This document shows, one piece after another, positions 1 through 18,087 of a DNA stretch of 64,000 bases. Under the pieces are notes generated by a model, which was given only the letters and a program-made list of their open reading frames with translations, did no database searches and was not told the origin of the DNA. Numbering within the stretch: the first letter of the stretch is position 1; every line of letters begins with the position of its first letter. The translations under genes were made by a program, and so were the position numbers. The DNA comes from Eledone cirrhosa. Its lineage: Eukaryota. The stretch spans positions 66,526,001 through 66,590,000 of the forward strand of contig OZ024741.1 of NCBI GenBank assembly GCA_964016885.1, written 5' to 3'.

Positions 1-175
1 TGTTTCCGTTGGTTTTTCCAGTTGCTAATACCATCTATCGGTCGCAACTCTAGGTAGAAGGAGCAATGTGAAATAAAGTGTCTTGCTGAAGGACATAACG
101 CATCGCCCGGTCCAGGAATCGAACTCACAACGTCACGATTGTGAATCCAATTCTCTTACCACTCAGCCATGTGCT
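1..175 (-). mobile_element. tRNA-derived SINE (5' head plus core), running off the window start
   Basis: Minus strand reads TGGCTGAGTGG (A box) ... GAGTTCGATTCC (B box), then GTCCTTCAGCAAGACACTT, a SINE core motif. Confidence 0.75.
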
Positions 176-375
176 TTCAGCAATATACATATATATATAC
201 ATATATATAAGTATATGTGAGTCCATGTCCAAGTTCCTGTTTATCTCCCGTAACTTAGCGGCTCAATAAAAAGTGATCGTTGAAATAAAGACCAGATTTG
301 AAAAAAATATATATACGAGGGTCTGCTGAAAAGTTCATAGGCTGAACTTATTATTAAAAGTTCCCATTTATTATT

Positions 376-563
376 AAATTGGCAGTATCGGTAGAGGGTC
401 GGACGCCATACTTTGACGCATAGAGTTACGTCCCTTTCCATTCTGAGTTCAAAACCTGCCAAGGTTAACTTTACCTTTCATCCTTATGGGGGTCGATAAA
501 ATAAAGTACCAGTAATACATTGGGTAATTGCTGGCCTTGTGTCAAAAGTAGAAACAATTATTA
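376..563 (+). mobile_element. SINE with Nin/Deu-type central domain
   Basis: GGCAGTATCGGTAGA head, GAGTTCAAAACC B box and CTTTCATCCTT..GGGGTCGATAAAATAAAGTACCAG core; many copies in the window. Confidence 0.8.
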
Positions 564-569
564 ACACTC

Positions 570-775
570 TGATGGCGCTGGATTGTCGGAGGACATGTTT
601 CCAGCATAGTTGTACGACCATTTACTTTCTGAGTTTAAATCCCGCAGAGATTAGCTTTGCCTTTCATCTTTATGGGAGTCGACAAAATAAGTACCAGTAA
701 TGCACTGGGGTCGATATAATTGATTTTCCCCTCCCCTTCAAATTACTGGCCTTGTGCCTAAAGTAGAAACATTTA
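570..775 (+). mobile_element. SINE, same family
   Basis: GCCTTTCATCTTTATGGGAGTCGACAAAATAAGTACCAG core and GGCCTTGTGCCTAAAGTAGAAAC tail. Confidence 0.75.
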
Positions 776-1884
776 TTTTTAGGTTTAGTTTTCAACATAT
801 TTCTTGGAAAGAAACAATGCAGTTATTAATAAGAAGAGTTGAAAGTACTGCATGCAAGATTTCACAGCTCTAGCATCAATTCTTCATAGGCTAACCAAGA
901 TACTCTCATGGAATGACCAAATGAGGTTTAGTTTTCAACATATTCCTTGGAAAGAAACAATGCAGTTATTAATAAGAAGAGTTATAATTACAGTATGCAA
1001 GATTTCACAGCTCTAGCATCATTCTTCATAGTCAGCCTATGAACTCTTCAGCCGACCCCGCGTATGTGTCTGTGTTTGTTTTTATGTCCTTTAACTTAGC
1101 GGCTCAACAAAAATGTGATCGATGAAATAACGACGATACTTCAAAAGAAAAATCTACTTGGAACGATAAAGCAGGTGGTAGCCGACTATGGCTGCAGTCT
1201 TATAACTGAAACCAATAAAAGAATAGAAGAATACCACATTTCGTATCTTCAGGTAACGTTGAAATAAGGTTATATCGACATCAAAGTGTCGATTTAATTA
1301 ACTAGGAACTCTAGAAGATGCTCCGGTATAGCCGCAGTCCAATGGCTGAAGCCTGTGAAAGAAGAATACCGTTTTTTATTCATGCACAATAGATAATGTA
1401 GCTTATGGTAGACGTTTGTATTGATATATGGGTGGACACATTCAATAATAGGAATGGACCTCCATCAGTTTCGATGATGAGTGTTTCAGTTATTCGATCA
1501 ATGGAACAGCCTGCTAGGTAAATTAACGTGTACTTGACTGAGCATTCCACAGATGCGTGTACCCTTAACGTGATTCTCAGGGAGAGTCAGCGTGACCCAG
1601 TATGTGACATGGCTATCCCTTTGAATTACATTTCATCCACGGGTTTCCAATCGGTTTCCGTCTATCCACTGATTAGTTCCGTAAGGAGGTAGAAGATAAA
1701 AGCGGGAATTATAAACGCTTCAAATGAGAAATGTCGGCAATTATTATTTCGCCAACAACAACAACCACAATAGCAGCAGCAGCAGCGGCAATACCGCCAT
1801 CAACACCACCACCACTACCACCGCCGCCGCCACCACCACCACTACTACCGCCGCCACCACCACCAACAACAATAACAACAATAT

Positions 1885-2106
1885 TATTGGTTTCTGATAA
1901 TCGGCACATAGCTAACAATTTTTTGGGGAGGGGTAAGTCGATTAAATCGACCCAGTGCATTACTGGTATTTTATTTTATCGACCCCGTAAGGCTGAAAGG
2001 CAAAGCTAATCTCAGCGGGGTTTGAGCTCAGAATGTAAAGAGCCGTAACTCTTTGCTGCGAAGCAAGGTGTTCGACACTCTATCGATACTGCCAACCCAC
2101 CACCCT
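1885..2106 (-). mobile_element. SINE, same family
   Basis: Reverse complement of the 376-563 family (TTTTATCGACCCCGTAAGGCTGAAAGGC core). Confidence 0.8.
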
Positions 2107-2229
2107 CTTTTATTGGCAACACTACCCAGACATTGGGGACAATACAAGGACGAAAAATATCCCAGTGGAAAACAATAGACAACTGTAAACTATCAACACG
2201 ATACAGGAAACTCTGCAGGTGCATTCAAC

Positions 2230-3185
2230 CTCACTACGTCCCTGCGAATCATCAGTGACGGCATACTAAGACACCCTCAATAAAGGATGTTAGGATCAGA
2301 AGAATCTCTTGATTCGCAGAATCTTCCCCTTTTACAAGAAGCAAGACTGTATACATTCCAATCTGGTCAGATGTTTCTTGAGCCAATGATCGAAATAATG
2401 TTGGGATTAACCACTTCTGATCCGCCATTCAGAAACAGTTTCCTCTCTACCCATTTCTGAGTGAGTTTGGTCAGCATACACACGACCTTTTTTCCAGGGT
2501 TTTCATCTGGAAGTCCTGTCCTAATCAGATCCCGAGCACTTTAATTAGACCACCGTAATAAGATCCCTAAGCACCTTAATTCGATCATCGATCCGGCGAA
2601 AGAAGCCACCACAAGCCGCAATGCAAGTCCACCGACTTATTCTGGTTAATGTGTGCTCCCATAGCCTTCTGATATTCTCCCAGGATGGTGGTGACCACTT
2701 CAATTTCTGAAGCTTCCGACAACATGATCGTTTGAACGGGATGCATCTAAAAGCCTCGAACTAACGTAACAATGTCTTTAACAACTAGCTTTATGATGTA
2801 TCACATGGGGTTGAAGTTAAGGGCGGATCCAAAGTAGGCCACAGAAATTTGTACGTCTCTGACAAGCGACAACCGCTAACCTCTTGGTGAACATCTTTGC
2901 CAAACTCTTCAATTCTGTGTTTTGGAGAATTACAAACCTGAAGTCGTTCCATGTTTGGATCTTTTCTAAGCGGGATCATCATTTGATTGCGATTTGTTTC
3001 TGACACAATGGTTCCACACCAGCCATTTCACACCCCAAAAGCCTATTTCACGGGTTAAATAGGCATTTTGTGGTACTTTTTCGAGAGATGCGGTAAACCA
3101 CCTGAGAAGGCAACGAAGTCCATCGCCGGTCTCTAGTTAGTCATTCCTCACAAAATATTCTGCAATGGGCTGCTGGAAAACCAAA
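2230..3185 (-). pseudogene. Highly degenerate Tx1/L1-clade ORF2 (RT region) fragment
   Basis: Minus-strand pieces MDFVAFSGGLPHLS, LRKDPN..NTELKSLAKMFTKRLAVV and LIKVLGI..LTQKWVERKLFLNG are collinear with ORF2 of the element at 13838-17251. Confidence 0.65.
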
Positions 3186-3870
3186 CGGTTATCGCTATAC
3201 ATAAATAAACATTCCAGCTACTTACTTTCCATAATAAAGAACCAAATCTACAACATAATCTGAAGAATATTCACAATATCTCCAGACAAAGCAATATTTG
3301 CAAAAAAACAACAACAAAAAAAAACAAAAAAAAGAAACAGCACCATTCAACAAGGAACATCTAAACACCGGGCAGGTTCAAAGAAAAAGAAAAAAATTAG
3401 AATACATACACAAAGTCAAACAAATTAAACATAAAGCGAGCGAGACAAAACCAGGAAAAAAATTACCTAGTTGAATATAGCATTGAAACTAAACGTAGAG
3501 ATAAATGTTGTAAAAACTTGCTCACGCTATATTCCAAATAGTTTTCAACCAATCGTAAATACCATAACACTTTCGTCAGCTACACAAGAACACCAAAACG
3601 TGCCTCAGGAAATAAGTGGAAACAAGAAGTTGAGAGTGAGCGAGAAAGAGAGAACAAGGAAATAAAGGGTTTGTGAGAAACGAGAGGGGGCGTGTGTGGG
3701 GGTGGGGAGTGAGTGAGAGATGGAGAGTGCGTGGGAGATGGAGAGTGAGTGAGAGAGAGGGGAGTGAATAAGAGTGTGGGTGGTTTGTGAGAGAGGGAGA
3801 GTGTGTGAGAAGCAAGAGAGGGGAAGTGTGAAAAAAAGAGAATGAGGGTGTGTGTGTGTGTGCGTGTGTA

Positions 3871-3955
<85 letters not shown>

Positions 3956-4208
3956 CTAAGAGAAATATAACAAGTGAAAGAAGAAAAGAGAAAGTTATAA
4001 AAAAAGACAAAGAAAAGAAGGGCTTGATGAGAAACAAGAAATAGAGTTAGAGATAGAAAGACTGAGAGGGAGAGAGAAGGAGAGATAGAAAGACTGAGAG
4101 GGAGAGAGAAGGAGAGATAGAAAGACTGAGAGGGAGAGGGAAGGAGAGAATCAAAGACTGAGAGGGAGAGAGAAGGAGAGAATCAAAGACTGAGAGAGAG
4201 AATCGAAG

Positions 4209-4239
<31 letters not shown>

Positions 4240-4242
4240 CGC

Positions 4243-7790
<3,548 letters not shown>

Positions 7791-7792
7791 TT

Positions 7793-7992
7793 NNNNNNNN
7801 NNNNNNNNNNNNNNNNNNNNNNNNNNNNNNNNNNNNNNNNNNNNNNNNNNNNNNNNNNNNNNNNNNNNNNNNNNNNNNNNNNNNNNNNNNNNNNNNNNNN
7901 NNNNNNNNNNNNNNNNNNNNNNNNNNNNNNNNNNNNNNNNNNNNNNNNNNNNNNNNNNNNNNNNNNNNNNNNNNNNNNNNNNNNNNNNNNNN
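7793..7992. other. Assembly gap (~200 N)
   Basis: Run of N. Confidence 0.99.
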
Positions 7993-8204
7993 CAAGTATA
8001 ATATAAAAAGCAAGCAAGCTGGCAGCAGTATATAGTTCAAGTATTCCCCGTCTTCAGTGAAGCTAACCAAAAAATGTACACGGCAGGAAGAATTCCTTAA
8101 AGGAAATTTAAAATATTCTCTCTCTTGCTCGGCTGAATATATTGACATATTGCAGGTGATTAATTTCTGATACAGCCTACAGTGTTACTATTCAACTATC
8201 TATA

Positions 8205-9760
8205 GTAATGGTAGATAATAGTGATGATGGTGGTAGTGGAGGTGGTGGTGGTGGTGGTGGTGGTGGTGGTGGTGGTGGTGGTGGTGGTGATGGTAATGAT
8301 GGTGGTAGTGGAGGTGGTGGTGGTGGTGGTGTTGGTGGTGGTGGTGGTGGTGATGATGGTAATGATGGTGGTGGTGGAGGTGGTGGTGGTGGTAGTGGTG
8401 GCGGTGGTGGTGGTGATGGTAATGATGGTAATGATGGTGGTAGTGGAGGTGGTGGTGGTGGTGATGGTAATGATGGTGGTGGTGGAGGTGGTGGTGGTGT
8501 GTTGGTGGTGGTGGTGGTGGTAGTGGTGGCGGTGGTGGTGGTGATGATGATGATCGTAATGATGGTGGTGGTGGAGGTGGTGGTGTTGGTGGTGGTGGTA
8601 GTGGTGGCGGTGGTGGTGGTGATGATGATGATCGTAATGATGGTGGTGGTGGAGGTGGTGGTGTTGGTGGTGGGTGGTAGTGGTGGCGGTGGTGGTGGTG
8701 ATGATGATGGTGGAGGTGTTGGTTGTGGTGGTGGTGGTGGTGATGATGATGATGGTGATGATGGTGGTGATGGAGGTGGTGGTGTTGGCGGTGGTGTTGG
8801 TGGTGGTGGTGGTGGTGGTGATGGTGATGATGATGATGGTAATGATGGTGGTGGTGGAGGTGGTGGTGGTGGTGTTGGTGGTGGTGGTAGTGGTGGCGGT
8901 GGTGGTGGCGATGATGATGGTGGTGGTGGAGGTGTTGGTTGTGGTGGTGGTGGTGGTGATGATGATGATGGTGATGATGGTGGTGATGGAGGTGGTGGTG
9001 TTGGTGGTGGTGTTGGTGGTGGTGTTGTTGTTGATGGTGGTGGTAGTGGTAGTGGTGGTGATGATGGTGATGATGGTAATGATGGTGGCGGTGGAGGTGT
9101 TGGTGGTGATGGTGGTGGTGGTGGTGATGGTGGTTGCAATGATGGTGGTGGTGGTGTTGTTGTCGATGGTGGTGGTAGTGGTGGTGGTGGTGGTGGTGGT
9201 GGTGGTGGTGGTGGTGGTGTCGACGGTGGGGATGGTGGAGGTGATGGTGGTGGTGGTAATGGTGGTGATGGTGATGATGGTGATGGTAATGATGGTGGTA
9301 GTGGAGGTGTTGGTAGTGATGGTGGGGGTGATGGAGGTGGTGGTGATAATTGTGTGGTGATGGTGATGATGATGGTGGGGATGGTGGTGGTGGTGGTAGT
9401 GGTGATGGTGATGGTGTTGGTGGTGGTGGTAGTGGTGTCCACGGTGGGGATGGTGGTGGTGGTGGTGGTGATGATGAGTGTGGTGGTGGTGATGATGCAG
9501 GTGGTGTTAGTGGTGGTGATGGTGATGATGATGATGGTAGTGACGTTGATGGTAGTGGTGATGGTGGTTATGGTGGTGGTGGTGATGGTGGTAATGATGA
9601 TGGTGGTGACGGTGATGGTAGTGGTGATGATGATGATCGTGGTGATGATTGATGGTGGTGGTGGTGGTAGTGGAAGTTGATGATCATAATGATGATGGTG
9701 ATGGTGGTGATGTAAGAGGTAGTAGTGATAAAGATGATCGTGTTGTTAATGATGATGCTG
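8205..9760. repeat. Degenerate (GGT)n/(GAT)n trinucleotide array
   Basis: Read directly; the poly-G/V/P ORFs here are by-products of the repeat. Confidence 0.95.
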
Positions 9761-10957
9761 CTGGAGTTTTCACTGATGCTGTTCTGGGTATTTATTGTTC
9801 AGCTATCTAGTCATATATTTATTTAGAAATTTATTTATTTATAAATTTATAAAGTTATTTATTTATTTATTTATAAATTTATTTATATATTTATTTATAC
9901 ATTTATCTATATATTTATTTATCTAGTTATTTATTTATTTATTAATTTATACATTTATTTATATATTTATTTATATATTTATCTATATATTTATTTATCT
10001 AGTTAGTTATTTAGTTATTTAATCATATTCCAATGTTTCTGCCGGCTTTCTGTGTTCATTCTCTTTTACACTTTCAGCCCTCCTCTCAAATTTCAGCGCA
10101 CCCTCCTTCCCGCCTCCCTTTCCCCGCCTGTTCCTCCTCATACCTCCCTCTTTCTCCTTCCTCCTCCAGTCCCCCCTCCTACCCCCTTCCCTCCTTTCCA
10201 CCCTCCTTTTACCCCTTCTTTCCACCCCCCTTTTCCTCCTACTACTTCTACTCTTCCTTCGATTCATCGTCCTCGTGAACATTAATTTCAACATGATTTT
10301 AAGCTTATAAATACATACATATTTAATATATACATACTTATATACATGTATACGTATATACATATATACATATATGCATATATACATACAAACATAATTA
10401 CATACATGCATATATACATACATGCATATATACTTACATATATACATACATAGATGCATACATATATACATACATGCATGCATATATACATACATACACA
10501 CATACCTAATATATATATACATATGTACATAAATATATACATACATACATATATATACACACATACATACATACACACATACATGCACGCATAACTAATA
10601 CGTACATACATATATACATACATATATACATATATGCTTACATATGCACATATATAGATATACACATACATACATACACTCATACATGCACACTCGGTAG
10701 ATAGAAAGACAAATAGGCCGGTATATAAATACATATGAACAGATACACAGGCATGCAGTCTGTGAAACAAATAAATAGACATTAACACACACACACACAC
10801 ACACACACACATACGCCGCGCACATATGCATATATATATATAGATATAATATATAGTAAAAATAATGGAGCAAAGGACTCGCGTATAATCCTGTAATTAA
10901 ATGAGCTCAAAGGAAAGAGTTTTCCTGGGCACTTTAAAATATAGAGGGGAAAGACAC

Positions 10958-11358
10958 AGAAGAGTGTGTTTTTCTTTACAGCAATGTCAAACCACCAGCG
11001 TGATGAGAATATAAGTTACTAGAGGCATTGGTAAAACATTAAAATTAAAATTATAAATTGAAATGAGAAACCATCTTCACCTAAATCACACATGTTTCGC
11101 CATTTTAGTGGGTTCATCAGCATGTGGAAGGCCGATATTGTCCGCACTACTAGAGGGAACTAAAGTAAACCACCCTTCGCACGTGTAGACATATGAGAAA
11201 TGCGAAACATGCTCCTGGTGAGTGTGTACATGTGTGATTTAGGTGAGGATGGTTTCACATTTCAATTTATACTTTTAATTTTAATGTTTTACCAATGCCT
11301 CTAGTAGCTTATATTATCTTCACGCTGGTGGTTTGAAATTCCTGTAATGAAAAACACA

Positions 11359-11365
<7 letters not shown>
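10958..11365. mobile_element. Fold-back element (~135-bp inverted arms) with a degenerate minus-strand hammerhead
   Basis: Arms ~10958-11094 and ~11228-11365. Minus strand 11126-11087 reads CACATG-CTGATGA-ACCCACTAAAATGGC-GAAA-CATGTGTG. Confidence 0.7.
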
Positions 11366-11435
<70 letters not shown>

Positions 11436-11662
11436 TATAATAAAACACAAGAGTCATATGACAGCCATGTTGAGCTAGATTTGTTGAAATAGCAAGTTGA
11501 TATCCTCCCCTCTACACCTCTTCCCCACAACAGTTTTGACAATATAGTGAAATGGGCAGCTATCAATAGCTACCTACCTAGCTAGCTACCTACCTACCTA
11601 ATTACCTATCCACCTACATTCTTACCAGCCTAGCTACGTACCTAATACTTACCTACCTACCC

Positions 11663-11736
<74 letters not shown>

Positions 11737-11939
11737 TCTGGGATGGACACGTGTTAAACTTGCTCGGTAAGTTTTGTTTAAATTTCCTTAGAAATTCTTC
11801 ATTGCGAACTTTTAATTTTATACCAATTTGTAGAGGGACTGACAGGTCAAATTTTGATCTGGTCAGTCCTCCAAAATATCGTGCCCCTCAGGGCAAAAAC
11901 ATCCAAAATATTTTTGCAAAACAGTACATTTTAAAACAA

Positions 11940-13813
11940 ATGGCCGAAGCATCTACTTCTTTGCCAAAACAAGAAGATGGGAAGGGAAATCCATGCCTAC
12001 TTGACCAGCAGGTAGTAGCAGACATGGACAAAGAAAGGCCAACATCATCGCCTCAACATCTAGCTGCTTGTAAGCAACTGAACACGCCTGACGTCACAAA
12101 CGTCACATGTATCCACACACAGAAAGATATATATGTAGTAAACACTTCCTTTCGTAAAGAAATGGAAACACAGAACAATGAAAATAACAGACACCAAAAA
12201 ATACAGAAAATGAAAAAAATTGAAAACACATCCAACAATACCAATCAAAAGTAAAAAAATGTCAACACAAACACCAAAGAAAATACAAACAACAGTGACA
12301 ATAACAACAAGAAAGACAGATACCGTAAAAAAACGGAAATATTTCAACTTTTGGATTTAACCAACGCGAAACAAAAGTTGGAAGATGCTAAACAATATGT
12401 GACTTTTGGACACAATGGGTCATTTAGCATAAATTCACCACAAGAACTAAGGAGAGAAAATGCCCTGAACACGGTGGTTTTCAGGACAATCTCAAATGCA
12501 TAAAAAAAACCAGCTCAACTATCTCAGAGTGAGATTGAGCTAGTATTAAGGAACCACATGGATAACATTTTATTTATTCAGAAAGCCAAACTTTTCGGCA
12601 GCATCTCGGTGCTAATGAAAAATAACATAACAGCACAAAAATATTCCATCGCGCCCATTGTGTCCACCCATTTTACATTTTTCCCTACATACATGGGAAA
12701 AAGAACGCAAAAAATAAAAATTACATGTATAAGACCCAAAGTAGATATTTGGTGGATACTTTATGGCCAAATTGACTTTGAACAAGACACTTTGATCTCA
12801 GTAGGAAAATCCTCCAGAGATATATTTAGTGGGACTAGCGTCGAAATTCTGGTGCAGATGAGCCCAGAACGTATAATGAAAATCCCACAGAGAGTACCTC
12901 TGGATGAACAGACCTACATACACATTTCGGTTGAGGGTAGGCGGTCCGCATGTTACCACTGCGCAAGCAGAGGTCACCTAAGGGCTGCCTGTCCTCAATT
13001 GACAAAAAACCCCTGTTTTACCAACACCACAAATAACAACACAACCACCACCACCACCACCACCACGACAACAAGAAAAAACAACAGAGAACACTATTCC
13101 ACCCAACCCCTCCCCACCCCCCAAAAATACAAAAACACACACAGACACTACAGAACCCCAAAACATACCCTACCCATAAACACGGATGAGGAACCCCTAT
13201 CGACGGCACCCAGCGGCGATGAGGAGGAACCCTTCCAGCCCGTGAAAAGAATAAAAAGAAAGAACCGCATGAACAAAAACGAAACAAACACACAAACACC
13301 AGCACAAACAGCACAAAAATCACAAACAAAAGTTCCCCCTCCCGAAAGCAAAACACCCACAACAAAGAGAAAACATGCAGGAACCACAGACAAAAACAAA
13401 CACAACAGGAAAAGTACACATACACTTACATAAACGAAGAAAATAGAACACTGATGGAGACCATCAGAAACAACCCTTTGGTCAAAACCGAAGGGAAAAC
13501 TTTGGATAGCTCCAACAAAAACAAAAAAATGAACCTAAAACTGATCAGGGTCCCTATAGGAACTTATAGATCCCTAAAAGAAACATTTGTAGAGGACGTG
13601 GGGAATTCCTGCGTGAAACCAATCAACCGCGTCCTCTACAAAGGCCTCCCCACCACAGGCACCCCCACCCAAGTCATCCCCACCCCACCAGACACCCCTT
13701 CCCCACCAAACACCTCCGTCGCCACCCCTCCAGAAACCACCACCCCGCCCAACAACCCATCCCCCACCCTCATGGAAATTGTGCAGCCCGATACCCGGGA
13801 CGCAGAGAGGTAA
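11940..13813 (+). pseudogene. Tx1-like ORF1 (gag-like, zinc knuckle), disrupted
   Basis: CYHCASRGHLRAAC knuckle in ORF 12558-13433; split by stops and frameshifts; homologous to 51781-53610. Confidence 0.8.
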
Positions 13814-13837
13814 GTGACTTTTCTCTTCACCACCAAC

Positions 13838-16800
13838 ATGGCTATGCTAAGAGTAGGCTGTTTAAATGCGCGTGGCCTGGGCTCAACTTGGAAGCAAGCA
13901 ATGCTTCTAAATGACCTCAGGTCACAACGTATAGATGTGATGGTTATTTGCGAGGCCCGGATCAGCAACGTGCGACAGCTGGCCCCCACCTTTGATGACT
14001 TTGAGATGCACGCATCTCTCTGTCAGCCCGGAGGTGGGCGTGGGGTTGTCGTTCTGCTGCAAAAACATCTGCGTCTCGCAACACAGATGGTACATTTGGA
14101 CCCGGAGGGTCGACTAGTGGTTCTGGACCTTGGCAGTGGTGAAGGCGGAGCGTTTAGGTTGGTAGCCGCCTACGGCCCTTTCGGGTCAATGCGGCCGGAC
14201 TTCTTCCATCGTCTGGAGACTTTTCTAGGGACGTCCCGCTCCTTGCTATTAGTGGGGGACTGGAATTGTATCCTAGATGCACGCTGTGACTACGTAGGGG
14301 CCTGTCCCGATAGAGAGGGGTGTAATAGCCTCAAAGGGTTAATCGGTCGATTTGACCTGGCCGATAGATATCGACTAGATTTTCCGACTGCGCCAACCTG
14401 GACTTGGGCAAATCGTAGCGGATCATCTAGGTCGTACCTAGATAGGTTCTTAGTTAGAATTAAGGATAAGGACTTTTTAAGTTTCCAGAAATGCGCATGG
14501 TTGGCTATTCAGACCACAAGTTAGTGACCTGCATGGTCAACCTTGACAGAACGCATAGACAGAGACCCGGTTACTGGAAGCTCAACTTGTCCTTACCGGC
14601 AAGTAAGGCTTACAGGGACCGGATTAGCACTTTAGTTAAGGAGCGGTTGACGGGCGCCATCGTCAACAGCAGGTGGTGGGGATCTCTCAAAAGATAGATT
14701 AGAGTAGTCTCTATAGAATTTAGTAAGGAGTTAGCCTCAAATAGAAATAGGAAGGAAAGGGAGTTGGTAGATAGTGTAGAAGAGGCAATTAGAAGCGGCG
14801 ACGTGGCCAGAGTGCTAGCGTCGAGAACGGCCCTGGGCCAGTTCTTCGACGCGAAACACGAAGGCTGCATCGTCCGAAACAAAATACGTGCTCTGGAAAA
14901 CGAGGGGACCAAAGCTGTTAGCTGGGCCCGCGTGACAGAAGCCAAAAGAGGGAGTAGATCCACTATCCGGTCTTTGCGAGACCAGGATGGACGGGTGATC
15001 CTTGAGCCTAAGCAGATGTGCGAGGCTTTTCAAAAGCACTTTGCCAGATTGTTCGGAAGGGGCGGGGAGCCGGTTGGGGAAGTGGACTTCGGTCCATACC
15101 TCGACGGCTTGCCGCGTCTCTCGGACAGGGAGGCGAAGTCCTGCGAGGAGCCGATTTCAGCCGCTGAGATAGAGGACGTGCTGAGCCAATGCGGCAAACG
15201 CAAATCCCCGGGTCTCGATGGTCTTCCATACGAACTATATCTAGCTATGCCAGACTTGTTCCCCGATCTCCTCGAGGCGGTCTACTGCAACTGGCAACAG
15301 AACAGGAGAATTCCCTGTGCTGTGACCAAGGGCGTAGTCACGCTAGTGAGGAAGGACGAGAACAAGGGGGACGATATAAATAATTTCAGGCCCATAACTC
15401 TGCTAAATACAGAGTTACAGATTTTGGCCAAGGTGCTAGCAAAGAGGTTGGCGCTTGTCGTGGGCAACCTGGTGGGAGATGCGCAGACATGTGCTATCCC
15501 GTCCAGGTCCATCCACGACAACCTCCACCTCATGCAATACATCATAGAGAGGGTTGGGAACGAACCCGGCTTTGGTGGGGCCCTGATCAACTTGGATCAA
15601 TCTAAGGCGTTCGATAGGGTCGACCATGGTTACCTGGAGGCGGTGCTAGCGGCGGCAGGCTTCGGACCCGTTTTCAGGGGCTGGATCAATGCCATGCACA
15701 GCAGCCGCATCTGCTCTAGGGTCAAGGTGAACGGCTACCTCTCGGAGCCGTTCGAAATCGCGCGGTCCATCCGACAAGGGTGCCCTCTCTCCTCCCTTCT
15801 GTATGTAATGACTCTAGACCCACTGCTGCGGAAGTTGGAGTTGTTGCAGGGCATCCCGTTGGAACCGGGATTGCGGAAAGCGGTGTCGGCCTACGCCGAC
15901 GACGTAACAGTAATGGTGTCGACGGCCTCGGAAATCGGGGCGATCGGCACCTTACTGGAGGAGTACGAAAGGTTTACAGGGGCTAAGATGAACCGGGACA
16001 AGTCGATCGGTCTGCAACTCAGCACGTGGAGGAGTAGATCGATGTCCTCCGATGGTGTTGTCGGGCGCTAGACGGAGAGCCCGGTGAAGTTAATCAGGGT
16101 TTGGTTCGGACGAGACCTCCAGGTGGAGAAGAACTGGGGTGAGGTAACGAACAGGGTGTTTGCACTGACCCAGAAGTGGGCCGAGTGCAAACTGTCCCTA
16201 AAAGGTCGGGCGGAGGTGGCGAACACTTATATAGCGTCCGTCATCTACTACCGCCTGACAGTTGTGCCTTGCCCAAGGGAAACGCTCGCCAAAATGGAGC
16301 GCACACTCTTCCAATTCCTTTGGAAGAAGCGGGCTCCTATGGAGAGGAGATCCATCTGCTGTCAACACACTTCGAAAGGAGGGCTGGGGATGCCGTGGCT
16401 AATGATACGTAAACACGCATTGAGGCTACGGCACCTCCAGGTATTCCTCACCGGTCAACCGGTGTGGGCCCCGTTTGTGAGGCGAGCCTTTCCCAGACTC
16501 GTCTCACTCACCGAGCTGCAATCCTGGGTCAAGCAAAGACCGAGAAAACTGGGCGCCTGGCACACCGAGTGTCCCCAGGCGCTCACGGCTCTCTGGCATG
16601 ACCACCTCGTCATTCTATAGAGGGCTGGTGGTTAGCAGGTGCAACGACGCTCTCGGAGAAGCCCTAGGCATGGAGGAAGACGAACTGGCCAACCTGTTCG
16701 GTAGGGCATTCACCCCGGGACCCATGGATAACTTCCAGAGGTCCCTGGCCTGGCAGTGCTACAGAAGGGCTCTGCCCGTTCGAGAAAGGCTCTACAGACA

Positions 16801-17251
16801 CGGGCGCCCGGGTAGGGACCCCTCGAAAAAGATCTGTCCCAGATGCATGTGTGACGAGGAAACCGTTGCACACGCATTGGTACACTGCTCGGGCATTGCC
16901 GATCTGTGGGGCTATGTCGAACAACTGCTGTCAAGGGTGGGACCGATCCGGTTGACCACCGAGTCTATTGTAACGATCAAGCCGCCTCCCCTCTTCAAAA
17001 ACGAAGGAGAGGTGGTGTTTCTGTGCGTAATAGCCATGGCGAAAGAGGTTGTATGGTGGACGCGTCTGAAAGGACTGAGGTCAGACACCTTTCTCTCTGG
17101 CCAACAACTGGTCCGTTTCTTCCGATATCATTTCGGAAGAAGGATCAGGATGGAGAGAGAGGTGCTGCACCCCAGCCGTTTTTATGAAAGATGGGTGAAA
17201 GTGGCGAGAATGGCCCGTGGGAATGGGCCTTTACTCTACATCAGACTATAG
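13838..17251 (+). pseudogene. Tx1-like ORF2: APE endonuclease, reverse transcriptase and C-terminal zinc finger, frameshifted
   Basis: LNARGL, GDWN, YLDRFL, SDH (APE); KSPGLDGLP, FRPITLLN, LDQSKAFDRV, RQGCPLS, AYADD (RT); GGLG; CPRC...ETVAHALVHC. Confidence 0.93.
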
Positions 17252-17872
17252 GTGAGGAAGATGAAAGACCAAGGGCGCACCCCCTCTCTGTGCTCCTGAG
17301 GAGAAGGGTTGCACACTTTTTTTCGGGGGTGTGTGCGACCCCCCAACGCGCCTCGTCTCTATTGAGGATTTTGTTATAAATTTTATTTTGTTATATTTTA
17401 TTTTATTTTTATATTTTGTTATTGCCTCCTCCTTATTGAGGACGCCTTGTTATGTAAATTCCCCCCATTGTACTTGTCCCACTTTTTGATGCCCTGGTGG
17501 CAAATAAAAAGAAAATTATCTATCCATCTATCTATCTATCTATCTCTCTGACTGCCAATCCATAGTTATGTAATTATGTATATTTTCAAATGTATCTATC
17601 TTCGGAAAAGAACAACATTAACAACAACAAATCCCAAATTCCAATACAGGTCCGAAAATAGATGTATAAATAAACTGAGAAATACTTAGAAATTTTAGTA
17701 GAACTAATTTAGCAGATATATGATAATAGTCAACTGAAAAGATTATTGTAATTGATTCAAATGAATTGTAATGAATTACAACGTTGACCAGTATGACACG
17801 AGGAAAATATCGAAAATATTGTATTTAATGAATAATTAAATTACATATTTCTTTTACTATAAACACCCCCAT

Positions 17873-17984
<112 letters not shown>

Positions 17985-18087
17985 GTAGTAAAGGTGCAAT
18001 TTGATTTCGTTCACAGGCGGCATGCTAAGACGAGCACTCAATGCTATTGGGGAGCAGACTATCGATAATAATAGTTAGGGAACAAAG

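Larger units (their letters stand above)
314..1064. mobile_element. Mariner-derived MITE with internal tandem units and nested SINEs
   Basis: TIRs TACGAGGGTCTGCTGAAAAGTTCATAGGCTGA (314-) and TCAGCCTATGAACTCTTCAGCCGACCCCGCGTA (-1064) with terminal TA. A ~145-bp unit is duplicated at 781-1030. Related sequence occurs at 57550-58120 and 62374-62720. Confidence 0.7.
11737..17516 (+). mobile_element. Full-length Tx1/L1-clade non-LTR retrotransposon, copy 1, inserted in (TATC)n
   Basis: 5' UTR, ORF1 with a CCHC knuckle, ORF2 APE-RT-CCHC, AATAAA and an A-rich end; (ATCT)n on both sides. Confidence 0.93.

Noticed and set aside
8192-9680. Long Pro-rich or Gly-rich ORFs (extensin- or collagen-like)
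   Set aside because: They are translations of a (GGT)n/(GAT)n repeat that is open in several frames.
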